Positions 15,321 to 24,182 are shown, numbered from the stretch's first letter. The stretch is DNA of 32,000 nt from an uncultured Chloroflexia bacterium (GCA_963718915.1 CAVRAI010000001.1:120001-152000); one strand, 5' to 3'. Numbers and translations: made by a program. The notes: generated by a model not told the origin, from the letters alone.

Positions 15321-16121
15321 CTACCCTGCCGACTCCTTTGGCGCCATTGCCTCGCGCATGAACTGTGTCAGCAGCGCGGTGAAGCGCGCGGGAATCTCGA
15401 TTGGCCCGGAATGGCCGACCCCATGCCAGACTTCCATGCTGCAATTTGGAATACTGGTGAACGTCTCGACAATCGCGGGGAACGGGATGACGGTGTCTTT
15501 GTCGCCCCACGTCAGCAGCGTCGGCACGGTGATCGCGCCAAGCTGATCCGCGATGCGGACTGCCGCCATATCGTCCATCATGCCCAGATAGATCGGCTTG
15601 TCCCAGCGTGCGCCCTCGTCGACGAGCCGCTCCAGATAGGCGCCCGTTGGTGGTGTGGCGAAGGCGCCAAGCACAAGCGGACGAATGCCTTCGGGATTGC
15701 CCTGCTGCGCGTTGACCCATGCCGTTTCATCAGGCGAGAGCGTCGTGCCACTCGGCCCCAGCGGGTCGACCAGCACCAGCGCGTTCAGTCGATCCTGGTG
15801 TTTGAGCGCATACTGCATCGAAATGCCGCCGCCAAGCGAATGCCCTACCAGCGTGAACCGCTCCAGCCCCAGCGCGTCGACGAATGCGCGCAGGTCATCG
15901 GCATGCTGCGCGACGGTATGCCCCGTGGCGATCTGGTCGGACTCGCCGCACGCGCGCAGGTCTACCGCGTAGGCGTGATAGTCGCTCTGGGATAGCTGCT
16001 CCAGCGCCGGTAGCCACCATGAGTAGGTGCTGATGAAACCATGCACGAAGACGATAGGCTCAGGGCCAGTCCCCTGCTCGTGGTAATGCATGCTGAACTC
16101 TGGAAGTTGGACGCGTGGCAT
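15321..16121 (-). CDS. Alpha/beta-fold hydrolase
   Basis: 266 aa with AAGGAG SD. Contains HGF oxyanion motif IVFVHGF and nucleophile elbow GHSLGG. Confidence 0.85.
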   Translation of the reverse strand: MPRVQLPEFSMHYHEQGTGPEPIVFVHGFISTYSWWLPALEQLSQSDYHAYAVDLRACGESDQIATGHTVAQHADDLRAFVDALGLERFTLVGHSLGGGISMQYALKHQDRLNALVLVDPLGPSGTTLSPDETAWVNAQQGNPEGIRPLVLGAFATPPTGAYLERLVDEGARWDKPIYLGMMDDMAAVRIADQLGAITVPTLLTWGDKDTVIPFPAIVETFTSIPNCSMEVWHGVGHSGPIEIPARFTALLTQFMREAMAPKESAG

Positions 16122-16250
16122 GGGAAGCTCCTTGTCGCTCGCTCATCGGTTCGTCAAGAGGAGGCCGGCAACAGTCGCCAATCGCATTATGCCACGCGCG
16201 CGCTGGGATACTCCGCTTAGAGATCTCCATCCCCATCCACAGACTGCGCG

Positions 16251-18842
16251 CTAGCGTCGGGTTTGGTACGGCGGCCAAAAGCGCACTGCCCGCAAGAATC
16301 CACGCGCCGGGGGATTCTGACGGGGAAGCCCGTGCGAGGCATAGTGATCCTTGTACTCAGTAAAGAAGTAGTCGCGGAGCATGGTGCTTCTAACGATGAA
16401 GCTGTATCCACTTCCCTCCCGGCGCAACAGGTGATAGCCAGCCGCTTTTTTGAGGAATCTGGTGATCGAGCATGGAATGATCTTTGATTTCCTGAGTTGC
16501 CGTCGTATCCTGGCATGTTGTATCCATGCGGCGCCACCACGGCCAAGCGCGATACTTACACCAACGACAGTCCCGACGCCCATCCCTATCACCGCGCCAA
16601 TTGCCGCATCAATCAGACCAGCATGCAACCCTAAACCAGGCGACTTGCCTGTGTTTAGGGTTCCAATCCAGACTGCTCCAAGAAGCATCGAACCAACCAG
16701 TATTAAGCCAACGATCAGCCCAGCAAATATGGAAAGGCTGAGAATACCAAGGGCCGCTTGCCCCGCGTGAATGAACCAAGCATCAGGGCCGGAATCGCGC
16801 CCGAGCCAGATGAGTATTCCAGTAACCGTTCCAAAGATGATGGCGGTTGCTACTCCGCATATCAATCCGAGAACTATTCCGCCCAGCGTTCCGCCCAACG
16901 CCACGGCGACGAGAGATACAAACGCCACGCCAACGCCCGCGAAAGACAGCGACTGTTGCACGGTGAGACCAGTACGCTTCGTCGGTTCAACTAATTCGTC
17001 GTCGCGCTCGGAGTCAACGACTTGAAAACCGAACCCAACGCCTAACCCGCCAATCAATCCAATGAGCGGATAAAGGAGCCAGGATAACCATCCAGGAGAC
17101 ACTCCAGGAGACACTCCAGGAGACACTCCAAGCGCTGGCTCGAAGACATTCCCTCCGCCGCTTGCGTAGAGCATAGCTATTACTATGCCCACGGCGATTC
17201 CAAGTAGCGGTCCAAACGTGAACCGAATAGCGAGACTGATGTTCCTCAGGTCACGACGGTAGTTCTTCACTGTATCGTCTTGCGAGGGAAGCAACTCTCG
17301 TGACAAATTTTTCAGATAGAAGATCCTCAAGCCTTGTTTATGCAGCGCGTGCCCTACCCAGGCCAACCCTTTCTCCATCTGGCGGATTTCGTCATCTGAT
17401 GGCGTATACCCTGCCTTGCGTTTTTGGTCGGGGAACTTCATCATCGTCTCGACATACCCGCGGAATATGGCGGTCTGCGGCGCCACGCCAGATACGACCG
17501 AGGAGGAAATCTGGCTCGCGTCAAGGTCATTCAGATTCATCAGCGCCAGATTCAGCATGAGTGGTGTGCGCAGTGTGTCACCCATCTCGTTATGAGACAA
17601 GGCGACTTGTCGCAGGTCGCGTATACGCTGCGCCGCGTTGAGATTTCCTTCTCGCCGCTTGGTCGCCACAGCGCCATCCAGCGCCGTCGTCACCTGATCT
17701 GGCGTGAGCCGCAGCAACCGCACAGCATATGGGAGATTCAACGTTTTTGGAGCTAGTGCGCGATACTCATCGTCACGACAGCAAACGACCAGTGGTCTGT
17801 CTGCGTCTCGCTTGCTTCCCGCCAAATACCCGCTGATTTTATCAACGCATATCTTCCGATCTTCAATTTCCATGATATCGAGTGAGTCCAGCAGCGGCAG
17901 AATCAGCCCTTTGCTCACCCAGCGATGCGCGGTCTTCTTGTGGACATTGTAGACGAGCGCAATACCATCGACGAGCCATTTCTCGAACCGGACTTTGTTA
18001 CCTTTTGGCCAGGTTGCAAGATCGAGAATCACCGGAATGTATAGCTCAGCAGCGCGTTCCTTCGCGCGTTCCTCACGTAGCTTCCGTTTGGCCTCATCGG
18101 CCAGGGCCTTGCCCAGCACATAGAGCTGGGTGCTCTTCCCTCCACCTGGCTCCGCAAGGATCAGCAGGTGCTGTTGACCCGCATCAAAGGCCTCCCGCAC
18201 GATCCGCGCCGTCACATTGTACGCGTCGCTCGTAGCACGGATAGTATCGATGTCAATATGCGCTCCCAGGGCCGCCGAGTGTTGAACAGCATCTGGCGCC
18301 ATTTCCACCCCAAGCGCAAAACGACCAGCTTTTATCAACGGGTTGTCTAAATGATCGCTATACCGTTTGGCGAGGCTTACCAGAAACCTCCACTCGTTCT
18401 TCTCTTCTTGCGCGAATACACGCCTTACTGTTGGAATGCCAATGATGATTGCGACCAACAACACGAGCAAAAAATTGGATGACCAGGGTTGGTGGTTGTG
18501 AATCGTCTGCGACAACTGCTCGATGCTCGACACCAGGTCATTCAGAAGAATGCCGAGCAATCCGGAGACCAATCCCGCGACTATCTCTAAAGGGAGTTGT
18601 AGACGGCTGAGCCATTGTCTCCACATATTTTCATTGAGCGCCCGCTGGATGGCAATGAGGCTACCAAATAGAATGATGAATAGCAGCGCGGTAATCCCGC
18701 AGGAAACCGCGATGTGCTCCCGGACAAATGGGATCTGCTGTATCCAATCACTGGCGAGGGTGTTCTCTAAAAGAGAGGCTAATGCAGCTGGAAGCGCCGC
18801 CAGAAACGTCAGGGTCAGGGTTTGTCTCAGCGTTCGATTCAC
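16251..18842 (-). CDS. Membrane-embedded NACHT-type STAND P-loop NTPase (about 4 N-terminal TM helices, NACHT, about 8-10 TM helices, WH-like tail)
   Basis: GTG start with AAGGAGG 5 nt upstream. Walker A LILAEPGGGKST (18129-18146), LYIPVILDL, Walker B-like LILPLLDSLDIME (compare LLDGLDE), and TPLMLNL. The C-terminal FLKKAAGYHLLRREGSGYSFIVRSTMLRDYF resembles the NACHT winged-helix motif. Long Gly/Ala/Ile/Leu-rich hydrophobic segments span residues about 540-790. Confidence 0.75.
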   Translation of the reverse strand: MNRTLRQTLTLTFLAALPAALASLLENTLASDWIQQIPFVREHIAVSCGITALLFIILFGSLIAIQRALNENMWRQWLSRLQLPLEIVAGLVSGLLGILLNDLVSSIEQLSQTIHNHQPWSSNFLLVLLVAIIIGIPTVRRVFAQEEKNEWRFLVSLAKRYSDHLDNPLIKAGRFALGVEMAPDAVQHSAALGAHIDIDTIRATSDAYNVTARIVREAFDAGQQHLLILAEPGGGKSTQLYVLGKALADEAKRKLREERAKERAAELYIPVILDLATWPKGNKVRFEKWLVDGIALVYNVHKKTAHRWVSKGLILPLLDSLDIMEIEDRKICVDKISGYLAGSKRDADRPLVVCCRDDEYRALAPKTLNLPYAVRLLRLTPDQVTTALDGAVATKRREGNLNAAQRIRDLRQVALSHNEMGDTLRTPLMLNLALMNLNDLDASQISSSVVSGVAPQTAIFRGYVETMMKFPDQKRKAGYTPSDDEIRQMEKGLAWVGHALHKQGLRIFYLKNLSRELLPSQDDTVKNYRRDLRNISLAIRFTFGPLLGIAVGIVIAMLYASGGGNVFEPALGVSPGVSPGVSPGWLSWLLYPLIGLIGGLGVGFGFQVVDSERDDELVEPTKRTGLTVQQSLSFAGVGVAFVSLVAVALGGTLGGIVLGLICGVATAIIFGTVTGILIWLGRDSGPDAWFIHAGQAALGILSLSIFAGLIVGLILVGSMLLGAVWIGTLNTGKSPGLGLHAGLIDAAIGAVIGMGVGTVVGVSIALGRGGAAWIQHARIRRQLRKSKIIPCSITRFLKKAAGYHLLRREGSGYSFIVRSTMLRDYFFTEYKDHYASHGLPRQNPPARGFLRAVRFWPPYQTRR
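17091..17130. repeat. In-frame 12-bp tandem repeat TCCAGGAGACAC x3.3 inside the NACHT gene
   Basis: Counted directly. On the coding strand it encodes GVSP-GVSP-GVSP-G in a loop of the C-terminal TM region. Confidence 0.9.
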
Positions 18843-18855
18843 GATGACCTCCTTT

Positions 18856-18903
18856 TAGCGCACCCTCGCAATAGCGCTATTCAGAGCGCGGCACATGCGC
18901 TAT
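18856..18903. promoter_or_regulatory. Perfect 12-bp palindrome AATAGCGCTATT with flanking half-sites in the leader of the NACHT gene
   Basis: AATAGCGCTATT at 18870-18881, 28 nt upstream of the GTG at 18842. The half-site recurs as TAGCGC (18856-18861) and GCGCTAT (18897-18903). Confidence 0.4.
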
Positions 18904-19021
18904 CCTGCGAACCATACGAGCACCACACCAGCTATAGAGATGACTCTCGTATACAAGGGCAGAGCGATGAGGCTGACAATTCTGTTCTCTAGACCAGGTG
19001 GCGCCACAGGTTGCAGGCGGG

Positions 19022-20542
19022 CTATTTGTTCGGCCACCTCAGCTTGAGATCGCGGTAGTACCGTATAAAGGGCGTCATCACCAGGATGGTAGCGACCGTG
19101 TACGGCGCGAAGCGATTGGCGATGGCTTCCATTGGCATATCCAGCACATCGGAGAGTACCAGAGCCACGAAGAAGGCAAAGCTGACCCCCGCGACCAACT
19201 CTGTTCCCCAGAGAAATACGCGCACGTAGATGCGTCCGGGACGCGGAACCCCTATCGGGCCGCCTCGGCCCATGGCATGCAGATCACGCCAGAGAAGCGC
19301 TCCATAGAGGAGTCCGGGGATGAGCAGCATCCACGCAAAGCTCCAGTCGTCGGGGCTGACACTGGCCTCGGTGTATCCCAGACGGTTCATGATCGCCAGG
19401 AAGACATGGCCCAGCAGCAGGGACGCGCCAGCAAAGAATACCGGCCCCACCACGAATGACAGCATCATGATGCCATAGCCCAACCCAGAGCTATCGTCCG
19501 ACTCACTGACACGCCGCCTTTCGCGCCAGAAATAGACCACCAGCATGATCAGGCCAGCGACGAACGGCCCCAGGAAGGGATAGCTGGCCAGGCCAAACTC
19601 ACCAGGGGTAGAGAGCAGCGATTGCGGAATGACCGCCTCCGTATGCCCGGTGACGATGTCGAGGATGAACCGTATACCCAACACGCTGTAGAGAACAATG
19701 ATCACGCCTGTGACGGTGGCTCCGATCATCGCATCGAGGTTGCGGAGCCAGATGCTGTTGCCCCAGGTTTCTTTATCCAGAGTGGCCCAGCGGATATAGG
19801 CATAGAAAACGAGCAGAATCACAAGCATCGTCACGAGCGCGCCGGGAATCGGCGCTGTATCGGTGCATGTCTGCGCGAACCGTGAGATGAACGCCAGGAG
19901 TTGCGAGGGGATATCGAGTTCGCGCGAACAGAGCGGCAGCGGCGCAATCGCCGTCTGCAGCAAGGATTGCACCGTCTGCGCGATGGCCCAGATGGCCATG
20001 ACAAGCACGATCCACTGGCCCAGGAGCGCGAAGAACACGGCGATCTTCTGGCCCGCTTCCTCAAACTTCCCACCCTTGGCCCATTCCAGCACCACCAGCA
20101 CCAGCGCGATCCCCCAGGCGATTACTGCCGCGAGCGGCGAGGCGATAGGGAGGCTGCTGGGCTGCGAGAGCGCATCCAGATTACGGACGATAAGAACCAC
20201 CGACAGCAGGATCCTCAGACCGATGAAGCAGACCAGCACCGCCAGGAAGATCGCGCGAATGACTCCACCACGTCCCTCGCTCGTTGTCTTGCGGTCGTGG
20301 CGTATCAGGAGCCAGCCAATGACGCCAATCACCAGGACGACAACATCCGCCGGAATATTGGTAAAGATGGGCAGATCGCTCACCAGATCAAGCAACCCAC
20401 CCAGCGTGAGAACGTCGGTGAACCCAACGCGCAGCAGCAGGTTGTGCGCAACATTTTGCAGCACATTACCCAGGTAGACGAGACAGCATGTGGTGATGAA
20501 ATAGTAGATGAAGCGCAGGACGCGCTGTACTGCCGAGGTCAT
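19022..20542 (-). CDS. Hypothetical polytopic membrane protein (at least 10 predicted TM helices)
   Basis: Track ORF 19022..20575 (GTG) trimmed to the ATG at 20542 (GAGGAAAAGGAAA upstream). Hydrophobic helices throughout. No family recognised. Confidence 0.7.
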   Translation of the reverse strand: MTSAVQRVLRFIYYFITTCCLVYLGNVLQNVAHNLLLRVGFTDVLTLGGLLDLVSDLPIFTNIPADVVVLVIGVIGWLLIRHDRKTTSEGRGGVIRAIFLAVLVCFIGLRILLSVVLIVRNLDALSQPSSLPIASPLAAVIAWGIALVLVVLEWAKGGKFEEAGQKIAVFFALLGQWIVLVMAIWAIAQTVQSLLQTAIAPLPLCSRELDIPSQLLAFISRFAQTCTDTAPIPGALVTMLVILLVFYAYIRWATLDKETWGNSIWLRNLDAMIGATVTGVIIVLYSVLGIRFILDIVTGHTEAVIPQSLLSTPGEFGLASYPFLGPFVAGLIMLVVYFWRERRRVSESDDSSGLGYGIMMLSFVVGPVFFAGASLLLGHVFLAIMNRLGYTEASVSPDDWSFAWMLLIPGLLYGALLWRDLHAMGRGGPIGVPRPGRIYVRVFLWGTELVAGVSFAFFVALVLSDVLDMPMEAIANRFAPYTVATILVMTPFIRYYRDLKLRWPNK

Positions 20543-20634
20543 GCCAATTTCCTTTTCCTCACATCGACGCGCCACACCGTCACGTCACCATACCGCCGTA
20601 CCGCTGTGTCGCCCTCAACACCATTCGCTCTGGT

Positions 20635-21843
20635 TCATGGGGCGATATGACTCATATCGAGGGCAAACAGCACACACACCTGGCAGTAGAATTTGCCTGG
20701 AGATGTCTTGATAAACTTGTTAGAACTCAAATTAACGCCGCGGCCATTGATGATGCTGTGCATGATGACGTTGTAGCGTTTCTCGACCTGAGGTGGCCCA
20801 CCCTGATTGCCAGCTTGCGACCGCGTGTTGGGTTGCTGTTTCACCTGTTCATCATGCGTCAGCCGTTGCTGAACGAGAGTAGCGACATCGTCGAATTTGG
20901 GGTTGTTTGATTTGAAGGGCACAATCAGATTGACCGAGATCGGTTGCTGATGCGGATCCACCCCTTGCCGCGTAAATGGCTCGACAGTAGTCATCGCTGA
21001 GGGGTCGTCCTGAAGGATCGAGCGTGAAAGCGTGACGAGGGTGTCCGCCGCATCCGCTGCCGAGATGAACCGGGTGAAATGGCGAAAAATAGGGTAGAAG
21101 AGGCGGCCGATGAATTTATCTGGCTTCTTCATCGTGAGGCCCTGCGTTTTGACGGCCATCCCGATGAACGGCTTCGTGGAGGGTTGGCGGATCGTCTCCA
21201 CTTGCAGTTCGAGACCAGGGTTGTACATCCTGTGGTTCGGCGCCGTACAGATCCCCGCCAGACTCTTTGCCAGCAACCTGAACTGCGTCTCCTGCCCACC
21301 AACGGACTGATGGAGAGGAGAATCGGTTCGCACGATGAACGCTGCCTCGAAGATGGGCTGGTTACTGTTCGCCGCATCGGGCCTGGTATATTGTTCCAGC
21401 GCCTCGTACGCCGCGCGATTTCCGCCTCGTTGTGTGCTATCAGCAACGCAGATAACAGTAATGAACAACGGCTGGACGGAGCTAACGCGCAGATGACGAA
21501 ACACCTCGGCGTAATCTGGCTTTTGCAGCATACTGGCGTCAATGATGAGCAACAGCGATTCTGACGCAAAGTCGAGAACATGCCGACTCAGATCAACCAG
21601 ATCGTCAAGTTCCGCATTGGGAAACTGCACGATTGGCTTGGGCTTGACGCTGAGATCTTCGACATGCAGCTTGCGATTGCGCGTCAGCCGATGTATTTTC
21701 TGTCGGACTCTGGCGCCAGCCTCGCGATCATAGACGCCAATGGCGACCAGCCCATGCCCCGGCGGTCCATCGACAAGTTCGCGAACAACCTTCTCGGTCA
21801 GCTGGCTACTCAACTTGCCCACACCAAGGATGATTGAAGGCAC
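20635..21843 (-). CDS. Hypothetical soluble protein, paralog of the C-terminal domain of the 706-aa neighbour; degenerate Rossmann/tubulin-like alpha/beta domain
   Basis: GTG start with GGGAGGA 6 nt upstream. Collinear blocks are shared with residues 333-706 of ORF 22062..24182 (see findings). Confidence 0.7.
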   Translation of the reverse strand: MPSIILGVGKLSSQLTEKVVRELVDGPPGHGLVAIGVYDREAGARVRQKIHRLTRNRKLHVEDLSVKPKPIVQFPNAELDDLVDLSRHVLDFASESLLLIIDASMLQKPDYAEVFRHLRVSSVQPLFITVICVADSTQRGGNRAAYEALEQYTRPDAANSNQPIFEAAFIVRTDSPLHQSVGGQETQFRLLAKSLAGICTAPNHRMYNPGLELQVETIRQPSTKPFIGMAVKTQGLTMKKPDKFIGRLFYPIFRHFTRFISAADAADTLVTLSRSILQDDPSAMTTVEPFTRQGVDPHQQPISVNLIVPFKSNNPKFDDVATLVQQRLTHDEQVKQQPNTRSQAGNQGGPPQVEKRYNVIMHSIINGRGVNLSSNKFIKTSPGKFYCQVCVLFALDMSHIAP

Positions 21844-22061
21844 TGGTTATCCTCCCTCAGAGGCTACTGATATACCGCCAGATGGCGGCGCGCCATCTAC
21901 TACCTGGCGCGCTATCGCATCATCACTCTGCTCATCCAGTCTTCGCGATACGCATGTTCGCGCCAAATAGCCGAGCACAGGTATCAACAGCCTCCCAAGG
22001 CAACATAGGCGCCGCCTCGATACGCGCTGGGAGGCCGCGGTCTCATGACAGGGCTTGCGGC

Positions 22062-24182
22062 TTATCCCAATTTCCCTGGCCGATGCCTCCGGAACGCGGT
22101 AAAGTGGAAGTAGTAATCGCCCTTCCAGATTCTCAGCGGACTGCTGGCTCCGCTGATGTCTATCCCCTTATCGTTGGTGTTTCCCAGCTGTTCGATGGTC
22201 ACCTGACCCTGGTTCACACCATAGGCGCGCAGCCAATCGTTGACGTACTGCTTGAATTCATCTAGTTGGCGTAGCCGCTCTGGAACGACCAGATTGATGA
22301 AAGGCACTGCCGCCAGGTTTTCCTTGACCGTCGAGAGCGTCTGATTCCCCGCTGGGAAGACCTTCGCGGCGACCAGCTTCAGTATTCTTGAGGCGGTAGC
22401 AGAGTTGATGTCACCCCTACTACCATAGACAGGGCCATCCTGGAAGGCGGTCCTCGCAGTGTTCACGCCAATAGACCCGGCCTCAAGGGCCGAGAACGAA
22501 TACTGCGCATTATGCATTTGTTGCGCGACGGCGGCGAAGTTGGCGGAAGCGTTATAATCGCCAGCGACGAGCAGCGCCGCAATGCTGCGGTGCAGCACCT
22601 CAGAGTACTTGCCCTTCATCTCGCCGGCCAGCGGGCAGTTATCCTGGATAACCACCGTGGTCGCCAGGATAGAGCCTGACTTCTTCGCCCAATTGTTCAA
22701 TTCCTCGGCTGTCTGCTTTAACTCGGCTGTAATCGGGTCTGGCACAAGCCAGAGGATGACCAGTCGAATGTTCTGATCGTTGACAGTCGGAGCACCGCCA
22801 GCCTGCGCCTGCGCGCCGACCAGTTGACCAGACATCACCGCATCAAGTTTTTGTAGCGCGAGTCGAGACGCCTCCAGATCATCTCCATAGGCAACCCAGA
22901 TGAGCCGTTTGACGACAGTTGTCCTGTTGCTGAAATAGCCCTGGTCGAGTGTCTTCACCAGCGCGTCTGCGGCATCCTCTGCGGTCTGGCTGTCAGTGTC
23001 TGGTGTGACGACCGCAGCCGCGACGTGCATATTGCTCAACCGATTTTTCATCCTGCTCGCCAGCGTCGCGTTGGGCATGTAGTAGCCAGCCAACCAGGCG
23101 TACTCACCCTGCAACGCGCGCACCTGCCTGCAGATACCCTCGGCGAACGTGCTGCCCTGCGAACCAAAGCCGATGATCGTCAGATCGCGATTCTCGACGG
23201 GTTCAGGCGGTTTCGCCTTTCCCTCTCGATGGGTGATGCCATAGAGCGCGGCGTTGATGAGACCGAACAAGCCAATGATGCCACCGATGATCGCACAGAT
23301 TGCGCTCGCGAGCAAACAAATCAGTGCGGCGGCGCCGCCGATCACGAGCGTGCCGAGACCTTCGAGCGCCTGATACCATCCTGGCCACGCCAGAAAGATA
23401 GCAATCGCCACGAGAGCAGAGGTGCCAACAAAAACCGTGACGACAACCTCTAAATCCTTGGCGTTCAGGTATTGCTGGAGGATACCGCCGATTGTCAGGA
23501 ACACGACGACGACGACGTCCAGCGCAAACATGAAGATGGCGAGACCAAGCTTGATCTTCTTCTCAAGCTCCCCAGCATCAGGCTCAAGCTTGACCGCGAC
23601 TGGAAGGCCCGTAGTCTGTTCCTGGATCAACATGCCAGAAAGCGCCGCTATCGAGACGAACAGCACTCCTGTAATGACCTGGAGGTACTGGAAGAGTGTC
23701 TTCATGAATCCGGGCGCCTCACCACCACCAAAGAGGATGGGCGCGCGCGTGGAGACCAATACATAGTCAGAGCCGACACAGACAACCACCAGCAGGAGAT
23801 AGATGATACGCCTGACCCATGCACTGGTGATTTCGTTGGAGTTAGGATTTCTGGGCTCCCCGAGCTCATCGGTGATTCTCTTCTTGATTTGCGCAATCTC
23901 ATCGTCCGTTAATCGTACGCCATTTTTTTTGGCCTCCTGCTTCCTCACCTCAGCATAGGTCAACCGGTTGATGTGCTCCTCTTGTCGCTTCTTTTCACCC
24001 TCGCGGCTCCAAATCCTCTTGATGTTGCCCCAGATGGCTTTGGCAGCCGCCAGGAGAAATCTTCGCCCACGGTCAAAGCCGTTAGAGACCCTGTAGGCGA
24101 GGTTGGGAACCAGCGTCAGAGCAAGCAGCACCGCCACCACAACCAGTATCATGTCGACCCACGGCGTGAAGAACTGCGCCAT
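22062..24182 (-). CDS. Hypothetical membrane protein: about 6 N-terminal TM helices with a charged coiled segment, plus a cytosolic Rossmann/tubulin-like domain with GxGxxG
   Basis: ATG with GGGAGGGG SD. TM helices lie within residues 10-315. The soluble domain from residue 333 (nt 23186 downward) begins LTIIGFGSQGSTFAEG. Confidence 0.75.
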   Translation of the reverse strand: MAQFFTPWVDMILVVVAVLLALTLVPNLAYRVSNGFDRGRRFLLAAAKAIWGNIKRIWSREGEKKRQEEHINRLTYAEVRKQEAKKNGVRLTDDEIAQIKKRITDELGEPRNPNSNEITSAWVRRIIYLLLVVVCVGSDYVLVSTRAPILFGGGEAPGFMKTLFQYLQVITGVLFVSIAALSGMLIQEQTTGLPVAVKLEPDAGELEKKIKLGLAIFMFALDVVVVVFLTIGGILQQYLNAKDLEVVVTVFVGTSALVAIAIFLAWPGWYQALEGLGTLVIGGAAALICLLASAICAIIGGIIGLFGLINAALYGITHREGKAKPPEPVENRDLTIIGFGSQGSTFAEGICRQVRALQGEYAWLAGYYMPNATLASRMKNRLSNMHVAAAVVTPDTDSQTAEDAADALVKTLDQGYFSNRTTVVKRLIWVAYGDDLEASRLALQKLDAVMSGQLVGAQAQAGGAPTVNDQNIRLVILWLVPDPITAELKQTAEELNNWAKKSGSILATTVVIQDNCPLAGEMKGKYSEVLHRSIAALLVAGDYNASANFAAVAQQMHNAQYSFSALEAGSIGVNTARTAFQDGPVYGSRGDINSATASRILKLVAAKVFPAGNQTLSTVKENLAAVPFINLVVPERLRQLDEFKQYVNDWLRAYGVNQGQVTIEQLGNTNDKGIDISGASSPLRIWKGDYYFHFTAFRRHRPGKLG

